Below are positions 55,855-64,000 of a stretch of DNA of 64,000 nucleotides, one piece after another. Position 1 is the first letter of the stretch, and each line of letters opens with the position of its first letter. Source of the DNA: Eledone cirrhosa (lineage: Eukaryota); the NCBI GenBank assembly GCA_964016885.1, contig OZ024749.1, positions 37,386,001-37,450,000 of the forward strand, written 5' to 3'. The notes beneath the pieces were generated by a model. That model saw nothing but the letters and a program-made list of their open reading frames with translations. It did not search any database and had not been told where the DNA came from. The translations under genes were made by a program, and so were the position numbers.

Positions 55855-56384
55855 AAATAATAAGTGTAAGTCAACATGTTAAGGTTGGCTAAACAACCAA
55901 CACATACTCCAAAAAATATTTATCTATATATATATATATATATATGAGTGTGTGTGAGAGAGAGTGAGAGAGATAGAGAGAGGGAGAGAGACAGACAGAG
56001 AGAGAGAGAGGCCACGAAGTGCACGAAATACCGTAAATAACATTAGGTTGTGTTGTGAAAGAAATATGAGAGTGGAATGTTGACGGTTCGGGAATAGCCC
56101 TTCCTCTGTCATATACAATAAATTATATGACATTGTTTTTGAGGTTTATATGTCTTAATAAAACATTACCCCTCCACCTACTTAAACTTTTAAAAACCAT
56201 TTTCCCTCCTCTGTCTAAGCCTCCCACCACACCCCCATATCACCACTACCATTCATTTCGTATTCACAGCCGCTTCTCGCAACAAATCCTGAAGCTTTTC
56301 TCTCCCTATTGCTATTAGCAGTAATTTTTTTTTTTTTTATAAATAACTCCGCCATCATATATATTGGCACCACATCCGTCATCG

Positions 56385-57097
56385 CTAATACACTCAACAT
56401 CACCACCGCCACCACCACCACCATTAGTACTACTAACGCATTCAACATCACCGCCGCCGCCACCACCACCATTAGTACTGCTAACGCATTCAACATCACC
56501 ACCGCCACCACCACCATTAGTACTACTAACGCATTCAACATCATCACCACCACCACCACCATTAGTACTACTAACACATTCAACATCATCACCGCCGCCG
56601 CCACCACCATCATTAGTACTACTAACGCATTCAACATCACCACCGCCACCACCACCACCATTAGTACTACTAGCACATTCAACATCACCACCGCCACCAC
56701 CACCACCACCATTAGTACTACTAACACATTCAACATCACCACCGCCACCACCACCATTAGTACTACTAACACATTCAACATCACCACCGCCACCACCACC
56801 ATTAGTACTACTAACACATTCAACATCACCCCACCACCATTAGTACTACTAACACATTCAACATCACCCCACCACCACTAGTACTACTAATAAACTCAAC
56901 ATCACCACCATTAGTACTACTAACACACTCAACATGACCACCACCACCACCACCACCACCACCACCACCACCACTAGTACTACTAATACACTGAACATCA
57001 CCACCACCACCACCACTAATACTACTAACACACTCAACATCACCACCAGCACCACTATCATTGCATCCCCCAACCCTAGTACTACTAACACACTCTA
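56385..57097. repeat. (CAC)n-based minisatellite
   Basis: Repeated ATTAGTACTACTAACACATTCAACATCACCACCGCCACC. Confidence 0.9.
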
Positions 57098-57221
57098 CAT
57101 CTCCATCGTCACCACAATCTATTACCACCATCACCACCGCCACCACTACAAACATCACCATCACCGTATACACCACCACCACCATCACCACCAACACCAC
57201 TACCACCACCACTACTACTAT

Positions 57222-57254
<33 letters not shown>

Positions 57255-57839
57255 CACAATCACCATATACACGACCTCCACAACCACCACCACCATATAC
57301 AACACCACCACTACCACCACTACCACGACCACCACTATCCTTTATACTTCTCATACCAAACCTCGAACTAATCACATTTTGAGAGATTTCTTGTTCGTGT
57401 TTTTTCGGTCCTTACTAAATTCTTCATATTATATTATTTTTGTTTTAAGGGGGTGTCCCCCTTTTTCAACCCCCACTACCCCTACACCTACCCTCCACAC
57501 CTCTCTCCTTCATTTTTCTTCAAAATCATTTATGGTATATTTCTTATAGTTCGTAAACTTCTTCATTCATTCTTTGTTTTTTTCTTCCTAGTTTATTCTT
57601 ACTTTTATATTCTTTCTTATACTTCATCATTTCCTACTTCGTTTATTTTCTTTCTTTTTCGTTTTTCTTCTTCTCCTCCCTCACATCCTCCTTCACTCCC
57701 TTCTTCTTTACTTCCTTCTCAACATTTGAACTCCTTTTTTTTTCATCCTCTTTTATTGTATTATTCCACCTCGCATCACTTTTTCTTTCTTTTTCTTTCT
57801 TCTAAAAAAAAAAAGTTCGTCGTCGCCATTTTCTTTATC

Positions 57840-57900
<61 letters not shown>

Positions 57901-58295
57901 CGTCGTCATTTTTTTCTTCTGTTTTTTTTTTCTTCACTTATCCACTCTTCTCTCCTCCCCTCCCTCCTCCTTTACACTTTCCCTTCCCCCTCCCATCTTC
58001 TCTCCCTCATCCTCTTCATCTTCCTCTCACTTCATCATCTGTTTCTGCTAAAACCATTATGATACTCAAAATCGTTTTATGAGTAATAGCATTTGAAGTA
58101 AAGGAAATATTGGTCTAAATAACTAAATAATGCTTTCTATTCTCAGAGACAGAGACACACAGATATTCCAAATAGTAATAATAATAGTGATGAGGATAAT
58201 TTCTTTTATATGCCACGAGTTGAGGATTTACATAGTACTGAGAAAAAAAGGGGGTAACATTTTTACATAGTACACAAGTTGGGTGTACATAGTAA

Positions 58296-58638
58296 TAATT
58301 GTTTCTATTTTTTTACACAAGGCCAGCAATTATCCCAGTGTATTACTGGTACTTTATTTTATCGACCTCCGTAAGGATGAAAGGCAAAGTTAACCTCGGC
58401 GGGATTTGAACTCAAGTAATAATGATTTCTAGTATAGGCACAAGGCCAGTATATTGGGGGGAGGGGGGAGGTCAATTAAATTGACCCACTGCATTACTGG
58501 TGCTTTATTTTATCGACCCTGTAAGGATGAAAGACAAAGCTAACCTTGGCGGGATTTGAACTCAGATCATATAAGGCCGTAACTCTATGCTGCAAAGCAT
58601 GGTGTCTGACTCTCTACCGATTCTGCCAATGCACCACC
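58296..58638 (-). mobile_element. Two SINE family 1 copies (truncated short-tail and full long-tail)
   Basis: 58296-58394 and 58420-58638 match the consensus. Confidence 0.85.
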
Positions 58639-58647
58639 TTGTTATAC

Positions 58648-58684
<37 letters not shown>

Positions 58685-58789
58685 CAACAACAATGGTTTC
58701 TAATTTAGACACAAGGCCAACAATTTTAGCGAGCCATGCTCACTCCTCTCGGTCACCTTTCAACAAACTCGTTGGAAGACTGGTCTTCC

Positions 58790-59050
58790 CTCTCCATCCC
58801 GATTTTCCTCTTCAAGTGAAACCCCAAAACGTTAATTCACCATACCCCGGTTTGACCTTTCATGGATACCTTCCTTTCGGCCCATTTCTGGGAGAGAGAG
58901 GCCACCCCTGTTCGATACGTCATCCACGTTTTTGTCCATCTTCTGGTGTGGACCAAACCAAACCCCGAACAATTTAACCGGTCCGTTCGTCCAGCACATA
59001 TATTTTTCTTGATATGGTCCATAGGATATCCCCAATTACCTCTGAAATTT
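58790..59050 (-). pseudogene. Tx1/L1-like ORF2 fragment (end of RT domain), frameshifted
   Basis: Overlapping minus frames give WTNGPVKLFGVWFGP...KN and VASLSQKWAERKVSMKGQ, matching the K(Y/L)LGVxF...W..R.LS..GR pattern after the RT thumb. Confidence 0.75.
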
Positions 59051-59462
59051 TGCCTAAGCTTCGTATTCGTTTTTCTGATATAAAGTTATTATGTGTGTGG
59101 ATAGTGTGATTTTTTTTTTTAGTTGGGTCTGGGGTGAAGTAATTTTTTTCTGTTATGTTGGTGTTGTAGTATATGTGACGAATTAGTTTCTAATGTTTGT
59201 GTTTATTGCTGTGCGATGTATGAAGTTTCTGTCTTTTTGTTGGGTTTGTGGTTGTTGGTGTTACAGATGAGGGTTTGGTTGTGTTTAGGGTGATGTTGTT
59301 GATGTCTGTTGGCGTGTTGATGCGCATTGTTGAGGTGGTGTTGCTGTTGTGTTCTTGTTGGCATTGCTTGGTTCATCACTATAGTTTTTTTTCTTTTCTT
59401 CTTCTTTCTCTTTTTCTTTTGACTCACGGATTGCCACTTTTTGTCCCCCGTCACAATCCATG

Positions 59463-59714
59463 TCAAACTATGTGCCGTCGGGGAGGGGGCACGGAATGCT
59501 TTAGCACGAGGTCCTTATTTTTGAAGAGGACGTCGACGTAGGCAAACTCTTTTGCTCGTTGTATATGTGCCACACCTGTCATTACATCCTTTAGAGCCTT
59601 CTCTACCTGAACAACTGTGGCAGGTTCAACTCGCCGGCTCCGTAGGGACAGAGTTCGATAGAGGAACGTCTTTATAGGCGGGAAGGGTCCTGCCAATATT
59701 TCCGGTAGCATCAC
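59463..59714 (-). pseudogene. Possible ORF1 fragment of the same Tx1-like LINE
   Basis: Complex, non-repetitive 83-aa frame upstream of and co-oriented with the ORF2 fragment. No diagnostic motif confirmed. Confidence 0.4.
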
Positions 59715-60295
59715 TGTCTTTAAATTTTATTATTGTCTGTTTCTTGGCTTGAACCAATTCAAGTACTTTGTATTGTAATGTCAATGCAAGCATTTCTGTC
59801 ATACTGTTATACTGTTATTCTGTTATACTGTTATTCTGTTATACTGTTATACTGTTATACTGTTATACTGTTATACTGTTATTCTGTTATACTGTTATTC
59901 TGTTATTCTGTTATACTGTTATACTGACGATGTCCGTAGTTTCTGCTGTTGTTTTGTTGATGCTATTAATTTTTCATTAGTTTTGTTGTTGTAGTTGTTG
60001 CTTTTGCTTTAATTACTGCAGTTATTGTTATTGCTGGCATTGTTGGCATTCTTGTTGCAATTGCTTTTTATGTTAGTCTGTGTTGTATTTTAGTTGTTGT
60101 GATGCTGCTGCTAGTGATGGTGTGGATGGAGGTGGTGCTAGTGATGGTGTGGATGTAGGTGGTGCTAGTGATGGTGTGCATGTAGGTGGTGCTAGTGATG
60201 GTGTGCATGAAGGTGGTGCTAGTGTTCAACGACATTCAGGAGTGGAAAGTCAGTTAAATCGACCGTCAGTACATTATATATTACACACTTAAAAC

Positions 60296-60383
<88 letters not shown>

Positions 60384-60456
60384 TATATATATATATATAT
60401 ATATAGGGCGGGTAAAATTCCCGAGATACAAATATATATGAGAGAGAGAGAGAGAT

Positions 60457-60524
<68 letters not shown>

Positions 60525-60988
60525 TGCTGTAACTAACTCTAAACTAAAACTGATTGCCGGAAGGAGAAGAGAAACATCAAGAGTTTCAAAGGGGCTTAGT
60601 TATGGAGTCTTAAAGGTCACGTGATGGTAAAAGTTTAAACGTCTTGCTCAAGAACAGGACGCGCTTTCGGGTCCAGAACTTGAAATCGTCAACTTATGGT
60701 CGCCTTTACAATTAGGCTACATGACTTCAATAATGTAATATATCATGATATAATATAATATAATATAATATAATATATGATATAACATATTATAATATTT
60801 TATAAAGTAATATGATATATAGTTTAATATATTGCCGACGTAAATCTTAATGCTTATTTATTTTTTCAGTCTTGATGTTCTTTCAATAAGTTTTCTTCAA
60901 CATTTAAATGCCTTTATGTAGGTTATTTATATATTTTTTATTGCTTTAGAGAAGTATTGATTTTCTCCTCTTTTCTCTATCCTTCATT

Positions 60989-61054
<66 letters not shown>

Positions 61055-61452
61055 ATCTGCCTTTCTCTCGCTCTCGCTGTAACTTTCTAATCACACACAC
61101 ATATGATCCTACACTCTGCTCACCTTTAATGTATTATCATTTAGTTAATATTTGTATGTTTTGTATACACTAGCATAAAAGAACAACCATTTCAGTGTGT
61201 GTGTGTGTGTGTGTGTAAATATACGATGTTTCACTCACAACACCCACCCAACAACCATGTAAACGAATATCACGAAACTAACTCCTCGAAGACCCACCAC
61301 ACAATTACTATTTCCAAGCGACATCAACACATTTGACAATGTTCACTATAAACAAAATCATCCATTTCTTGTCGTATCCAGAAAAGTAGGAAGTTATAAG
61401 CAAGAAATGAATCTAATCTTGTTTTAAACACCTCAAACAATGTCATAGTAGA

Positions 61453-62209
61453 TAACTGTTTCTACTTTTGGCACAAGGCCAGCAATTATCCAGTGTATTA
61501 CTGGTACTTTATTTTAACGACCCTGTAAGTTAACCTCGGCGGGATTTGAGCTCAGGTCATAAATGGAGGTAACTCTATGCTTCAAAGCATGGCGTCCGAT
61601 CCTCTACCGATACTGCCAAAATAATTGTTTCTACTTTAGGCACAAGGCGAGCAATTACTCAGAGTTACGGCTGTTGCCATTCTGAGTTTAAATCCCGCCG
61701 AGATTATCTTTGCCTTTCATCCTTACGGGGTCGATAAAATAAAGTACCAGTAATACACTGGGGTAATTGCTCGCCTTGTGCCTAAAGTAGAAACAATTAT
61801 ATATTTTATGGCGGTGGATTGGCAGTATCGGTAGAGAATCGGACACCATGCTTTGCAGCATAGAGTTTCGGCCCTTTACGGTCTGAGGTCAAATCCCGCC
61901 GAGGTTTTAACTTTGCCTTTCATCCTTACGGGGTCGATTAAATAAAGGACCAGTAATGCACTGGGGTCGATTTAATCAACTTTCCCCTCCTCCCAAATTA
62001 CTGGCCTTGTGGCTATACTAGAAATCATTTGGCAGTATCGGTAGAGGGACGGACGCCATGCTTTCCAGCATAGTTACGTCCCTTTACGATCTGAGTTCAA
62101 ATCCCGCCGAGGTTAACCTTGCCTTTCATCCTTACGGGGGTCGATAAAATAAAGTACCAGTAATGCACTGGGTAATTGCTGGCCTTGTGCCTAAAGTAGA
62201 AACAATTAT
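61453..62209. mobile_element. Cluster of five SINE family 1 pieces in mixed orientation
   Basis: 61453-61618(-), 61621-61662(-), 61661-61800(+), 61810-62028(+, long-tail) and 62029-62209(+). Confidence 0.9.
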
Positions 62210-62653
62210 ATATTTTACAAAGAAAAAGAAAATATGTTATTAATCATTAACATTCCAAAATGATCTAACAGTAAATATCTAAAAACAGGTTTGTTTATCC
62301 AAATGTTTATGGTATCTTCAGTTTTTATGTCATTGTGACTTCAACATTTAATGTAATGAAGTCTGTTTCCTACTTTTCAGGGATATAACACATTAAGAAG
62401 CCATGTTTTTATTATGATTGTAGTTTTAAAAGTAACGCACACCACACACAGATAAAGCAATTGAAAGACAAAAGCTTTGCAATTACTATGTATGAATGTA
62501 TGAGTGTACCTATGTTTGTATGTATTTGTGTGATGGTGTGCATCTATATACGTATCTGAGTATATCAATGCGCTTTAATCTGAGTATATGGATGCGCTTT
62601 AATGTGTGTGTGAATGTGTTGTTATATGAGAGATATGTGTGTATGTATATTTT

Positions 62654-62777
62654 GTGAAGGAATGTTGCTTAGTGGTTAGAGCATTGGTTTCATAGTGGTG
62701 AGGTTGTGTATTTGATTTCTGGATTGGGCAGTGCATTGTGTCCTTGAGCAATGCACTTTATTTCATGTTGCTCCAGC
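62654..62777 (+). mobile_element. Second tRNA-derived SINE family, head region
   Basis: A-box-like TtGCTTAGTGGTTAGAGC, degenerate B box, then TTGTGTCCTTGAGCAAtGCACTTTATTTCATGTTGCTCCAG. Confidence 0.65.
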
Positions 62778-63379
62778 AAATGTATGTATGAGTGTGGAAA
62801 TGCTATAATGTCCATGTATGTATGTGTGCGTGTGTGTGAGCGTATGTATGTTTGTATGTATGTGTTTATATGTGTGTGTTGGTGTGCATCTATATACATA
62901 TCGGTGAGTATATGAATGTCCATTAATCTGTAGTTATGTGTGTGTGTGTGAATGTGTTGTTATATATATGTGTCAAATGTATGTATGAGTGTGGAAATGT
63001 TATAATGTCTATGTATGTATGTATGTATGTATGTATGTATGTATGTATGTATGTATGTATGTATGTATGTATGTATGTATGTATGTACGTATGTATGTAT
63101 GTACGTATGTATGTATGTATGTATGTATGTATGTATGTATGTATGTATGTATGTATGTATGTAGGAGAAGGAAAATTCTGATATAACACCTGCAACCCTG
63201 ATGGTATCCAATGATGTTGACTTGTTCTTCTTTTTGGTAAATATCATCTTGGTTAAGAGAGTGGCACTGGCTTTGTGCAGTGCCTTTGCTCACTATAATA
63301 CCTTCACGGCACAGGCATTGCTTTATATCTGGAGATCTCTCTGCACTTGTCGTCACATGGTACCGTAGGCCCAGCACTA

Positions 63380-63531
63380 TGTGTCAATAGTTGTCACAAG
63401 TGTAGTGTTTGTACCAGAGTTTTCAAGTCGCTGGCTGGACTAAAAAGTCACACTCGTTCAGCGCATCGGTAGGGGTTCTCCTACATGGATATAAAGTAGT
63501 GGCCGTACTCGAAAACGAGTTGGCAGCCGCC
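63380..63531 (+). mobile_element. RTE/BovB-like LINE 3' end with terminal zinc finger
   Basis: Encodes CSVCTRVFKSLAGLKSHTRSAHR* (C2H2-like end typical of BovB-type RTE ORFs); short UTR ending CTCGAAAACGAGTTGGCAGCCGCC, then (ATGT)n. Confidence 0.75.
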
Positions 63532-64000
63532 ATGTATGTATGTATGTATAAATGTGTGTGTGAGAGTGTGTAAACTGATTGTTGTGTGTTTGTGTGATAT
63601 CGTGTGTTATATGTTTAGTGGTTTAGTGAGTATGTCATCGTGTGCAGTAAGACAGCCATAAATGTTTTCTAATATTATGTCAGTTGTAAAAAGAAAATCA
63701 GTTTTCATTAAAGCAATCACAGTGGTCTTTCCCTGTTCCTACTCACCACTCCCTCTGTCTACGTAATCAGACATACATATTTTTGCTTCTCTCTCTTTTT
63801 TCTCTCTCTTACTCTCCTCTATCTCTCCCTTCCACTCTCTCACCCCCCTCTCTGTGTATGTCTCCCTTCATCTATATGTCTATTTACCTCATTACGAGAA
63901 TACACGACGCTCTTTTAAGCAATATTATGTTGTAATGTTCGTATTCTCAAATGGCACGTTGGTGCATAGCTTTCCCCTCAACCTCTCTCTATCTATCTAC

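Overview
Eukaryotic, very AT-rich non-coding DNA saturated with microsatellites ((TA)n, (CA)n, (GA)n, (GATA)n, (ATGT)n, triplets). The repeat families resemble those I recall from octopod cephalopods; this is an inference, not a database result. I cannot support any intact host gene, and nearly all ORF-track entries are microsatellite translations. The window holds about 25 copies of a tRNA-derived SINE (two with clear 17-18 bp TSDs), a second older tRNA-SINE, 3' fragments of R4/Dong, RTE and Tx1/L1-like LINEs, an 80-bp Tc1/mariner-type MITE and several minisatellites. The main signal is a high density of type I hammerhead ribozyme (HHR) motifs in small non-coding elements inserted in (TA)n tracts. 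The most striking is at 52861-54482: an apparently identical 310-bp unit, present as one inverted copy plus about 4.2 direct tandem copies. Each full unit carries a complete HHR and many hairpins, as expected for a retrozyme-like or Penelope-pLTR-like circular RNA concatemer. At least six other families share one asymmetric foldback design: (TA)n - tail - arm - variable centre - inverted arm - (TA)n. Most carry complete, variant (U3-A8) or half hammerheads. All folds were derived by eye and no catalytic activity is demonstrated.
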